A stretch of DNA of 64,000 bases from positions 3,520,001 to 3,584,000 of the forward strand of contig CP182352.1 of the NCBI GenBank assembly GCA_048571215.1. The letters run 5' to 3'. The stretch's first letter is position 1; every line of letters starts with the position of its first letter. The notes beneath the pieces are model-generated. The model saw nothing but the letters and a program-made list of their open reading frames with translations. It had not been told where the DNA came from and searched no databases. The position numbers and the translations under genes are program-made. This DNA comes from Halarcobacter sp. GTDB lineage: Bacteria; Campylobacterota; Campylobacteria; Campylobacterales; Arcobacteraceae. Shown piece by piece: positions 31,268 through 40,749 of the stretch.

Positions 31268-31305
31268 AAAAAGGGCTCATCTGTAAAAGATGAGCCCTTT
31301 TTTTT
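31268..31305 (+). terminator. Strong intrinsic terminator with no upstream + strand CDS
   Basis: AAAAAGGGCTCATC-TGTAAAA-GATGAGCCCTTTTTTTT. Confidence 0.8.
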
Positions 31306-31338
31306 AATATTATTATTACTTATAGTAATAATAATATT
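31306..31338. repeat. Perfect 15-bp AT-rich inverted repeat (candidate operator)
   Basis: AATATTATTATTACT-TAT-AGTAATAATAATATT. Confidence 0.6.
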
Positions 31339-31474
31339 GCAATAATAATATTAAACTAATATAGTTACTATCAAATTTTATTTCTAGATTTTCATTTGAA
31401 CTCATAACCTTTAATCTTGTTGTTAATAAGGATATAATAAAATAATTACTTATTTTAAAACTAAAGAGAGAGAT

Positions 31475-32806
31475 ATGAAAAGAGTTAAGTTTTTACTGAT
31501 AACAATTTTATGTGTATTTACTGTAGGCTGTGCTGATAAGGGTGAAAAACTTCTTACTGAAATAAAGCCAATGGATAGAGAAAATATAATTCAAAAATCT
31601 ACAATTCATGATGCAGTTAGAATAAATGATTTAAAGTTAGTTGATTATTTCATAAAAAGTGGTACAGATATTAATACAAAAGATAAATTTGGTTATACCC
31701 CTTTACATCTTGCTGCAAGATTTAATCACCTAGATATCGCAAAACTACTGATAAAAAATGGTGCAGATATAAACACACAAGATAAATATTTTGATACTCC
31801 ACTTATAGACTCAACAAGAAATGGTTATTCTGCAATGTCTGAATTACTTATTTGCAATGGTGCTAAAAGAGATATGGTAGATAAATATAAAATGACCCCT
31901 TCTGATTATGCATTAAGAGCAAATGATACAAGATTATCAAAGCTTTTAAAACTTAAAGACCTAAGTGGATATTGTCAAAATAAGATAAAAAAAGAGAAAA
32001 AAATTGAAGTTGAGAAAGATAATAACTCAAATGAAAATGGTACTTCGATAAATATTGATGATCATGCAATCATAAATCAAAGTAAACCCCTAATTTGTGG
32101 TGATATTATTGACCCTACGGTTCTTCAAATTCAAGTTTCACTTGATGAAGGGAAAACTGTATATGATGCAAATTTAGATAATGAAAACAAAAGATGGTGT
32201 GCAAAAATACCTACTAAGCTTGAAGCAGGTGATTATAATATCGCTGCAATATCTATAAACAAATTTAATAAAATGAGTAGAGTAGATGATGATTTTAAAA
32301 TCGAGTTTTCTTCTAAACTTTTTGATTCTTTGAAAAATGAGTTTAAAGATGATTTTAAAAAATGGAATTTAGTATTATTAGAAGATAATAATATTTTAAG
32401 ATTCAAAAACCCTTCATCTATGTTTTCAAGGGGACGAGATAATATAAGTGAAAAATATCAAAAGATATTTAATGACTTTTTCCCAAGATATATAAAGATT
32501 ATAGAAAAACATAAAAATGAGATTAAATCTATTTTTGTTGAGGGACATACCTCTTCAAGATATAGAACTGCAAAAACAAAAGAGGAAAAGTTTGAAAAAA
32601 ATAGAATACTTTCTCAAAAAAGAGCAAATGAAGTTTTATCATTTTTAAAAAATATTAATGATTCAAGGGTGCACGAAAATTTAGGCTTAATAGATGAACT
32701 TTTCACAGCAAAGGGGATGTCTTCATCACAATTAATTTATAATGAAGATGGAAGTGAAAATATTGAAGCTTCAAGAAGAGTTGAATTTAAAATAGAATTA
32801 AAATAG
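31475..32806 (+). CDS. Lipoprotein with ankyrin repeats, Ig-like domain and OmpA/MotB-like C-terminal domain
   Basis: Lipobox TVGC; GYTPLHLAA ankyrin; VEGHTSS, LSQKRA, SRRVEFKI. Confidence 0.85.
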   Translation: MKRVKFLLITILCVFTVGCADKGEKLLTEIKPMDRENIIQKSTIHDAVRINDLKLVDYFIKSGTDINTKDKFGYTPLHLAARFNHLDIAKLLIKNGADINTQDKYFDTPLIDSTRNGYSAMSELLICNGAKRDMVDKYKMTPSDYALRANDTRLSKLLKLKDLSGYCQNKIKKEKKIEVEKDNNSNENGTSINIDDHAIINQSKPLICGDIIDPTVLQIQVSLDEGKTVYDANLDNENKRWCAKIPTKLEAGDYNIAAISINKFNKMSRVDDDFKIEFSSKLFDSLKNEFKDDFKKWNLVLLEDNNILRFKNPSSMFSRGRDNISEKYQKIFNDFFPRYIKIIEKHKNEIKSIFVEGHTSSRYRTAKTKEEKFEKNRILSQKRANEVLSFLKNINDSRVHENLGLIDELFTAKGMSSSQLIYNEDGSENIEASRRVEFKIELK

Positions 32807-32821
32807 ATAAGGTCTTATTAT

Positions 32822-35800
32822 ATGGGAAAAGAGGTAGGGTACATAAAAGAGATTATTTTAAAAGTAAGGGAATCCCTATCTTTTGGAAGCACTTTTTCAA
32901 TATCAAATCAAGAACAATTGGCTTATAATCCAAAAATATCTCAAGTTTATATAACTTTATTTCAAGAGGGATTAAAGCCAATACGTTGGGGTTCAAGAAA
33001 AAAAACACTTGAAGAGTCAATTCAAAGAATTATTTTTAAGCTTAAAACTAATTCTAATTTTTATAATTTTAATATAAGTGAAAATACAAAATGTAGAATT
33101 TTGTTTGAGATGGTTACTAAAGAGTATCCTTGTAATATTAGAAATTTAACTACAATGAATATGGATTCGCCAAATAGATTTGAATCAGGAGTAAATGGTT
33201 TAAAGTATAAATATAATGCACAAACAAGATTTTTTATGCCAACTGATGGATATACAAAATCGATTATGAGTGTAAATCAGCTTTTGAATTATTTATCAAA
33301 ACAGTGTGGGATATCAAAAAAAACAAATAAGATTAGTGAACGGGTTCATTTAATGAGAAGAGAGCCAATTGAGTACACTTTTATAGAATCTATAGCCTTT
33401 ATAACTTATGGTGACGAAGTGTTAAAACTTGAAAGAGGCTATCCTTTACCTATTGATTTTAATAAAGATATAATTTATGACAAGATGATGAAAAGTGTTG
33501 ATTGGTTAATAAAAAATATGAATAATGATGGTAGTTTTTTATACTATTATGATCCATATAAAGACACAATTGTAGATGATATGCATCCTAAGATGATAAA
33601 CCCTTTATATAACAATATATTAAGACATAGTGGAGGAACAATCTCTTTATTAAGAGCTTATGAATTAAGTGATAATAAAATTTATTTACAAAAAGCAAAA
33701 GAGTCTATAGAGTTTTTAATAACTACATTTAAAGAACATCAATATAATAATCAGTATGCTTGTTTCCCATTTTTTAATAAAAAATCAAAATTAGGTGGTG
33801 CAGGGATTGGTTTAGTAGCAATGATGCACTATTATATGCATACAAAAGATGAAAGTTATAGAAAATATTTAGATGGTCTTGTAAGACATATTTTAAGTAG
33901 AGTTGATGAAAGTGGAGAGCTAATTGGTTATTATATTCATCCCCAATTTAATGAGGGAAAACCTTTAATAAATCCAAGTGATGAAGTTAAGAAAAATTTA
34001 TTTTCTTTCTATTATCCTGGGGAAGCACTTTTAGGTCTTGCTTTATATTATCTTTATATTGATAACATTGATGAAGAGTTGAAGAGTGATATAAAAGAAA
34101 AGAGTGAAAAAGCCTTAGACTTTTTAGTTGATATTAGACCTATAAAATATGATTATATGTTTGATACACTACCCGCTGATGCTTGGCTTATGCAAGCGAT
34201 TGAAGAGTGGGTTAAAGTTGATGGTTTAAAAAAACAAAGCTATATTGATTTTGTTTTTAATGATACTAAGCAGATGTTTGAACATATGTATAAAGAAGAG
34301 AACACTTTAGCAACAAATAAAGACTATATAGGTGGATTTTATTATGAATATGGTGATCATGTTTATCATGATGCATCGAGATGTGAAGGGGTTGTTAGCG
34401 CCTACTATTTAGCAAAATATTTAAAAGATGAAAATAAAGCTTCTTGGATAATGGAAAATATGATCTTAAGTGCAAAGGGTTTAATGAAAACATTTCATGA
34501 TGAAAAATCTGTTTATGCCCATATAAATCCAGAAAAAGCGCTTCATAGTTTTAGATTTAAACTCACAAGACAGTGGGTTAGGGTTGATTCAGTTCAACAC
34601 GCTTCATGTTTTTTTGCTAGATTAATCCCTGTTTTTGATGACAAAAAAAAATTAGATAATAATATATTAAATAAATATGAGATTGTAGATACTATTGATA
34701 AAGCAGGGTATAGTACCGTGTATCTAGTAAAAGACAAGTCATCAAAGCTTTTTGCTATGAAGAAAATAGAACAAACCAGATATTTAAGATTAATAGAAAA
34801 TGAGATTAAATTTTTAAGAGTTTTAAATGAATTTAACAGTTTAAAATTTATTGAAGTTATAAAAAATGGTGAAGAGCTTTATTTAATATTTGATTATGCA
34901 GAAGCTGGAAATTTAAAAAAACATGTTGAAAAAAATGCAGTTTTATCAGATGAAGAAACTTTTGAGTATTTGAAGCAGATGTTAGAAGTTTTGAATTTTA
35001 TTAATCAAAAAGGGATTTTGCATTTAGATTTGAAACCTGCAAATACCTTAATTTATAATAAAAAGTTTATTTTGGCTGATTGGGGTAATGCGGAAAAAAC
35101 AAGAGTATCAAAAAGTGTACATCTAAAAGGAAATCCAATCTATATTGCTCCAGAGTTTTATTGGGGGGAAAGAACTATCTCCTCAGAGATTTATTCTTTA
35201 GGTTGCTCTTTATATTTTTTATTAACAGGTAAACATATTTACAGTTTACGAAATAGATATTCATTACTTCAAAAGATATATTCAAGTTTATATTTTCATG
35301 CAGATTTATCTGAAATAAAATCAAATAAGATGAAATATATTTTGGGTAGAATGTTAGAAAAAGAGCCTCAAAAAAGAATCGGTTTAGATGAATTAAATAA
35401 AGAGTTAAAAAAAGATGAAAGTGCTTTTGAAGATTTTTTATATATAAAATATAAAAATGAACAAGTAGATTTTTCAGATGAGGAAAAACTTTATGATAAA
35501 ATGTTAAAAGATAATATTCCTTTTTTATTTAATGAAAAAGGCAGATTGTTTATAAAACAAGGTGAATTTCAAAAAGCTTATGAGATGTTTGAAAAAGGTG
35601 CAAAGGCGGGATATGTAAATGCACAATTAAATCTTGCATTGATGCATTATAATAAAAAATATGAGATCCTAGATTTAAAAAAGGCATTTTATTGGATAGA
35701 AAAAGCTTCACAAGTTGAATATGACAAGGCTCAATATTTTATGGGAATATTTTACGAAAATGGTCTATATGTAGATAAAGATTTAGAAAAAGCTATTTTT

Positions 35801-35890
35801 TGGTTTAAAAAATCTGCACGAAATGCATATAGAAAAGCTTATACAAAACTGGATAAGTACAATATTAAATTGGAGGTAAATTTAAAATGA
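32822..35890 (+). CDS. Fusion: AMMECR1-like + alpha/alpha-toroid-like domain + Ser/Thr protein kinase + Sel1 repeats
   Basis: YNNILRHSG, KLGGAG, YYPGEA, VRVDSVQH; kinase FAMKK, HLDLKPAN, DWG, YIAPE; Sel1 AQYFMGIFYENG...KAIFWFKKSA. Confidence 0.75.
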   Translation: MGKEVGYIKEIILKVRESLSFGSTFSISNQEQLAYNPKISQVYITLFQEGLKPIRWGSRKKTLEESIQRIIFKLKTNSNFYNFNISENTKCRILFEMVTKEYPCNIRNLTTMNMDSPNRFESGVNGLKYKYNAQTRFFMPTDGYTKSIMSVNQLLNYLSKQCGISKKTNKISERVHLMRREPIEYTFIESIAFITYGDEVLKLERGYPLPIDFNKDIIYDKMMKSVDWLIKNMNNDGSFLYYYDPYKDTIVDDMHPKMINPLYNNILRHSGGTISLLRAYELSDNKIYLQKAKESIEFLITTFKEHQYNNQYACFPFFNKKSKLGGAGIGLVAMMHYYMHTKDESYRKYLDGLVRHILSRVDESGELIGYYIHPQFNEGKPLINPSDEVKKNLFSFYYPGEALLGLALYYLYIDNIDEELKSDIKEKSEKALDFLVDIRPIKYDYMFDTLPADAWLMQAIEEWVKVDGLKKQSYIDFVFNDTKQMFEHMYKEENTLATNKDYIGGFYYEYGDHVYHDASRCEGVVSAYYLAKYLKDENKASWIMENMILSAKGLMKTFHDEKSVYAHINPEKALHSFRFKLTRQWVRVDSVQHASCFFARLIPVFDDKKKLDNNILNKYEIVDTIDKAGYSTVYLVKDKSSKLFAMKKIEQTRYLRLIENEIKFLRVLNEFNSLKFIEVIKNGEELYLIFDYAEAGNLKKHVEKNAVLSDEETFEYLKQMLEVLNFINQKGILHLDLKPANTLIYNKKFILADWGNAEKTRVSKSVHLKGNPIYIAPEFYWGERTISSEIYSLGCSLYFLLTGKHIYSLRNRYSLLQKIYSSLYFHADLSEIKSNKMKYILGRMLEKEPQKRIGLDELNKELKKDESAFEDFLYIKYKNEQVDFSDEEKLYDKMLKDNIPFLFNEKGRLFIKQGEFQKAYEMFEKGAKAGYVNAQLNLALMHYNKKYEILDLKKAFYWIEKASQVEYDKAQYFMGIFYENGLYVDKDLEKAIFWFKKSARNAYRKAYTKLDKYNIKLEVNLK

Positions 35891-36852
35891 AAACTTTTTT
35901 TTTAATTCTATTATTAACTATTTCTTTAAATGCAGGATGGAAAACACAAAGGGAAAATCTTGATAAGGTTTATATTTTAGGAGATTTTAGAGTTTTTTAT
36001 ACTTTAAAAGGAAAGGATGCCCTTCCTAGAAAAAATAGAGTGGATTTAAATAAAAACTCTATTCCTGATTATGTAGAAAATATTGCACAAAGATTAAATG
36101 TAACAAAAGAACTTTATACAAAAATATTGGGGTTTCAAGATCCTCTAAAATCAAAAAGATATAGAGGGGTAAAATATATTGATATACATATTTTAAATTC
36201 AAAACATAGTTCATCAGGAGATGCTGTTGTAACTTTTAACTATAAAATTTTAGATAAAGAAGATGAAGTTATAAGTATGAAAATAAGAAACAATCTTGAT
36301 AAAGATACTTTAACTCCTTCCCATGAATATTTTCACTTGCTTCAAAATAGTTATAGTATGTTTAAAAATAGATGGTATACAGAAGGTACTGCAAGATGGT
36401 CTGAAAGAGTATTTAAAAAAGGTACTGGTAAAAGAGGAATATTACCCCAAAATTCAAGATCTTTAGATGTATTATTAGATATGACATATGATGCAAAGGG
36501 ATTTTGGAGAAAATTAGCTTACCTTTGTGATACAAATAATGGGAGTTTTGTAAATAGTCTAAATCTTAAAACAGATGTACCAAATTATCCAAACTTGATA
36601 GAAGACAGAAGGATTTATGGTTATGAATTTATAAGAGTCTTTTTAGAAAATTTGGACAAACAAGATAATATTGTTTCTAAAAAAAGAGGTTATGGTGAGT
36701 TTGATTGGAGTGAAAAAAATCAAAAATATAATGAAGACAACAACAAGTATATTTTAAAAGCTGTAGTTGATACTATAAATACAGTTTGTCCAAAAACAAA
36801 TCAAGAGATAAACAATTTTAAAATTGTTGCAAAAGATTATATTAGAAGATAA
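35887..36852 (+). CDS. Secreted zinc metallopeptidase-like protein
   Basis: Signal peptide (SLNA-); HEYFH followed by WYTEGTA (gluzincin-like). Confidence 0.7.
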   Translation: MKTFFLILLLTISLNAGWKTQRENLDKVYILGDFRVFYTLKGKDALPRKNRVDLNKNSIPDYVENIAQRLNVTKELYTKILGFQDPLKSKRYRGVKYIDIHILNSKHSSSGDAVVTFNYKILDKEDEVISMKIRNNLDKDTLTPSHEYFHLLQNSYSMFKNRWYTEGTARWSERVFKKGTGKRGILPQNSRSLDVLLDMTYDAKGFWRKLAYLCDTNNGSFVNSLNLKTDVPNYPNLIEDRRIYGYEFIRVFLENLDKQDNIVSKKRGYGEFDWSEKNQKYNEDNNKYILKAVVDTINTVCPKTNQEINNFKIVAKDYIRR

Positions 36853-39254
36853 TGGAAAATAAATTACTATTTTCATTAAAAGAGATTGAATCTATTACAG
36901 GTGGTAAATGGGTTAATTTTGATGAAAAATTAGTTATAGATGAGTTTGTCCATCTACTACCACATATAAAAGACGGGGATCTTTTTATTGTACATTATGC
37001 AAATTGGTATAATAAAAAAACAGATAATGAAAAGGATATTCCAAGAGCTATTAAAAAAGGTGCTCGTGCTTTAATGGTTCAAAAACAAACTGATATATCA
37101 AATTTATCTATGCCTGTTTTAGTAGTAGATGACACTTATTATGCCTTAAAAAATTTAGCTTTGTATGCATCCGAAAAAGCAAGTTCAAAACGAGTTGTTA
37201 TCACAGGAAGTTATGGAAAAACAGGTTTCAAAAATCACTTATATCATTTGATAAAAGATAAAACAAAAGTATTTGCAAGACTTAGTAGTTCAAATAGAGT
37301 TGCTTCAACCTATGGAAACTTAGCTTCCCTAAAAAAAGATACAGAAGTTTTATTAGTTGAAATCCCTATTAGTACTAGAAATAAAACACAAAGACGAGCA
37401 GGTTATGTTAGACCTGATATTTGTGTTATAACTTCAATTGGGCATGAACATATAGAAAGACATGCTAGTGTAAATAATATTATAAAAAAGAAGTGTTCTA
37501 TTGCTGGAACTTTGCCAGAAGAAGGAAAAATAATTGTACCTAGTGATGGAGAATATAGTGATCTTATAAAAAAAGAGTTAAGAAAATATGAAGATATAGA
37601 GGTTTTAACTTTTGGATATAAAGATAATTGTAATGCTCAGTTATTAAGTGTATGGTACGAGAATTATAGATATAAGGTGATTGCTAGAATTGAAGAGGAA
37701 CTTGTGCAATATGAAGTTCCTTTTGTAGATGATCATGCACCTCTTAGTTCAATATGTGAATTATTGTGTATAAAACACTTAGGTTTTGATATATATGAAT
37801 GTGCAAAAAATTATAAAAATATTAAAAATTTTAGAAGTAGTGGGAATTTATATAAATTAGAATATAAAGAAAAAACCTTTTATCTGTATGACCATAGTAG
37901 AAGGGGTGGAGTAGAAGGGTACCGTTCTTTTTTGAAAACAATTAAAAAGATTAATCCTAAGGGAAAAGGAAGAAAAATATTTGTTACTTCTGAGTTTGTA
38001 GATATTCAAGATGGTGAAGAGAAGTTTATAGATAAAAATGAGTTTAAACAATTGATTGAAGAAGCATCAATTGATCAGTTTTATACAGTAGAAAATTTTA
38101 AAGCTGTTCATGAAGATTTAATAAGTGATAAAAAAAAGTGGATACAACACTCTTTAAAAGTTGAAGATTTAAGAGAAAATTTTCTTAATAATATTCATGA
38201 GGGAGATGTTATTTGTATAAAAGCTATATTTGAAAGCTCTCTTCAGCTACTTAGTAAAGATATTTTACACAATTCAGAAATATTAAACTCTCAGCAAGAA
38301 TATAATACAAAGGTTGATTTATTAAAAAACTGTAGGATAATTGATACAAAATATATGGAAAGATTTTATTCTATAATGGACAATGCAAAAAAAGAGAATT
38401 GGGTTAATTATTTTCCTTTTTTATATACCTTCTCTGCCTCAAAAAGTAGAAAAATTTTACTAAATTTTGAAGATGATGTAATGAGTGTTTATTTTTTAAG
38501 ACATCTAAACAGTAGAAGAAGAGAACCTTTTTTACAATTGTATTTTATACCTATACCTTTTAGTTCTCAAAAGTTAAAAAAAGCATTAACCTTAGTTAAA
38601 GAGTTTAATCATGCATCTTCAAATACAATTCTTTGGTGTGATGCAGAGGATATAAAAAGAGTTAGAGAAAATAAAGAATTTGATAAGGTAATAAAATTTA
38701 GATATAAGGAGTCTGAGTTTATATATTCTCCACAAAATTATGAAACTTTATCAGGTAGTAAATACAAATATTTAAGACGACAAATAGGATGGATAAATGC
38801 TTTAAAAGATGTAAAAGTAACCTCTTATAAAAAAGAGCATTTAAAAGACTGTTTATCTTTATATGATGATTGGAAAAAAACTCAAGGTCTTAAATATGAA
38901 TCTATAGAAGATGAATCTTATACAAAACTTTGTCTTTATCATAGTTTTGATTTTCCTAAAGAGATATTAGATGGAATAGTGGTCTTAATAGATAATCAGG
39001 TTAAATCTTTTGCTTTTTATGGAAAAATCACAAATGAAATATCAAATATGTTTATTGCAAAAAGTGACCATAGTATAAGAGGTTTGCAAGTTTTTACAAA
39101 TTATCAAATATTATTAAGATTAGAAGATTACAAATATGCAAATGCTTCAGGAGGAGATTTAAGTAAAGGTTTATACGAATCCAAAAAAAAATTCAGACCT
39201 TCAAAAATGCATAAAATTTATAAAGGGGCTGTTAAATTTAGTTTTTTTAGATAA
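36852..39254 (+). CDS. Divergent MurF-like ligase fused to a DUF2156/MprF-C-like aminoacyltransferase domain
   Basis: ITGSYGKTG, RPDICVITSIGHEH; C-terminal EFIY...LSGSKYKYLR, IRGL, GLYESKKKFRP. Confidence 0.75.
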   Translation: MENKLLFSLKEIESITGGKWVNFDEKLVIDEFVHLLPHIKDGDLFIVHYANWYNKKTDNEKDIPRAIKKGARALMVQKQTDISNLSMPVLVVDDTYYALKNLALYASEKASSKRVVITGSYGKTGFKNHLYHLIKDKTKVFARLSSSNRVASTYGNLASLKKDTEVLLVEIPISTRNKTQRRAGYVRPDICVITSIGHEHIERHASVNNIIKKKCSIAGTLPEEGKIIVPSDGEYSDLIKKELRKYEDIEVLTFGYKDNCNAQLLSVWYENYRYKVIARIEEELVQYEVPFVDDHAPLSSICELLCIKHLGFDIYECAKNYKNIKNFRSSGNLYKLEYKEKTFYLYDHSRRGGVEGYRSFLKTIKKINPKGKGRKIFVTSEFVDIQDGEEKFIDKNEFKQLIEEASIDQFYTVENFKAVHEDLISDKKKWIQHSLKVEDLRENFLNNIHEGDVICIKAIFESSLQLLSKDILHNSEILNSQQEYNTKVDLLKNCRIIDTKYMERFYSIMDNAKKENWVNYFPFLYTFSASKSRKILLNFEDDVMSVYFLRHLNSRRREPFLQLYFIPIPFSSQKLKKALTLVKEFNHASSNTILWCDAEDIKRVRENKEFDKVIKFRYKESEFIYSPQNYETLSGSKYKYLRRQIGWINALKDVKVTSYKKEHLKDCLSLYDDWKKTQGLKYESIEDESYTKLCLYHSFDFPKEILDGIVVLIDNQVKSFAFYGKITNEISNMFIAKSDHSIRGLQVFTNYQILLRLEDYKYANASGGDLSKGLYESKKKFRPSKMHKIYKGAVKFSFFR

Positions 39255-39282
39255 TATTTAAATATTAAATAAGAGGATATGT

Positions 39283-40731
39283 ATGATTGTATTAAATAAT
39301 AGTGAAATTGAAGAAGCAACAAAAGGGACTTGGATAAATAAAATTGATGAATTAGATATAAAAAGAGTAATATTTAGTAGTACAAAAATTCAAAATTCAG
39401 ATTTTTATTTCCCATACAATCAAGAAAAATTTCTAGAAGACAGTGAAGAAAATATCAATTTAATAAATAGAGTATTTAAAAAAGGTGCTATTGCTATAGC
39501 TTTACCTAAAAATTCCAAAATAAAAATTGACAAACCAACCCTTCTTGTTGATCATTTAAGAGATTCTTTTAGAGATTTAGCATTAGCTTCTACTAATAAA
39601 ACCCAAGCAACAAAAATTTTAGTAACTGGTTCCTATGGAAAAACAGGATTTAAAAATCAACTTTATACTTTGATAAATGAGTTTAAAAACACTTTTACTT
39701 TTTTAGATTCTGCAAATAAAAGTCTTCCTATATATAAAACTTTAAGTTCAATTCCTAGTGATTGTGAAGTTGCTATAGTTGAAGTTGCTGCTCCTGGCTA
39801 TGAGATATCAAAAAAAAGAGCCAATTATGTGAAACCAGATATTGCAGTTATAACAAATATTGGGCCTGAACATTTAAGACAACATGGTGGTAGTATTGAA
39901 AATGTTATTGAGAATAAATCAAGAGTTGCATATGGACTTAAAGATAATGGTTTGATAATAATTCCTAACCAAAAAGAATATAATACAAAAGAAAAAATGA
40001 CTAAGTATATCCATGAGATAAACCCTACACTAGAAATATTGAGTTTTGGAGAAGATAGTGATAATAATGCATATATTTTAGAAAAAAACTTTTTAGATGT
40101 AGGATGGAATTTAAAAATAAAAATAAATGATAAAGAAATAGATTTTACACTACCTTTTTTAGAAGAGTATTCAGTAAAAGCAACTTTACCTATTTTATTA
40201 GTTTGTGATTACTTAGATTTAGATTTAAAGCAGATTGTTACAAAATATAAAAACTATACACACTTTGCAAGTAGTGGAAACTTTTATAAGGTAACTTCAT
40301 ATGAAAAAACCTTTTATCTTTATGATCAAAGTATTAGGGGAATATTAGATGGATTCAAAGAGACTTTAAAAGTAATTAGTCAAATGAAACCTCAAAAAAA
40401 GGGAAAGAAAATAGCACTTTTTTCTGAGTTTATAAATTTTGATGAGAGTTCGGTTGATGTTGTTAATTTGGATGAGTTTAAACTTTTGTTTAAAAATTCA
40501 GGTTTAAAATCATTATTTACAATCAATAAGTTTTGTGAGCATATAAATGTATTGCATGATAAATCAATATGGAAAGAGCATAGATTTAGTATAAATGATA
40601 TTATGGATAAAGTTATAGCTGATATAGAAGATGATGATATGCTTTTTATTCGTGCGACTCAAGAAAGTAAAGCAGACACTTTAGTAAAAAATATCTTGGA
40701 TAATGCAAGTAGTGTAGAACAATATTATTAA
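39283..40731 (+). CDS. Divergent MurF-like amino-acid ligase
   Basis: VTGSYGKTG, KPDIAVITNIGPEH; paralog of 36852 and 47819. Confidence 0.8.
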   Translation: MIVLNNSEIEEATKGTWINKIDELDIKRVIFSSTKIQNSDFYFPYNQEKFLEDSEENINLINRVFKKGAIAIALPKNSKIKIDKPTLLVDHLRDSFRDLALASTNKTQATKILVTGSYGKTGFKNQLYTLINEFKNTFTFLDSANKSLPIYKTLSSIPSDCEVAIVEVAAPGYEISKKRANYVKPDIAVITNIGPEHLRQHGGSIENVIENKSRVAYGLKDNGLIIIPNQKEYNTKEKMTKYIHEINPTLEILSFGEDSDNNAYILEKNFLDVGWNLKIKINDKEIDFTLPFLEEYSVKATLPILLVCDYLDLDLKQIVTKYKNYTHFASSGNFYKVTSYEKTFYLYDQSIRGILDGFKETLKVISQMKPQKKGKKIALFSEFINFDESSVDVVNLDEFKLLFKNSGLKSLFTINKFCEHINVLHDKSIWKEHRFSINDIMDKVIADIEDDDMLFIRATQESKADTLVKNILDNASSVEQYY

Positions 40732-40749
40732 AATAGATGTGGAATTAAG

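Noticed and set aside
29126..31474. Integrase, IS or att site after tRNA-Cys
   Set aside because: No recombinase or transposase ORF and no tRNA 3'-end duplication seen in the window
31475..32000. Ankyrin repeats as the missing half of a split AnkX
   Set aside because: They belong to an exported lipoprotein, whereas the Fic protein has no export signal, so they are probably in different compartments
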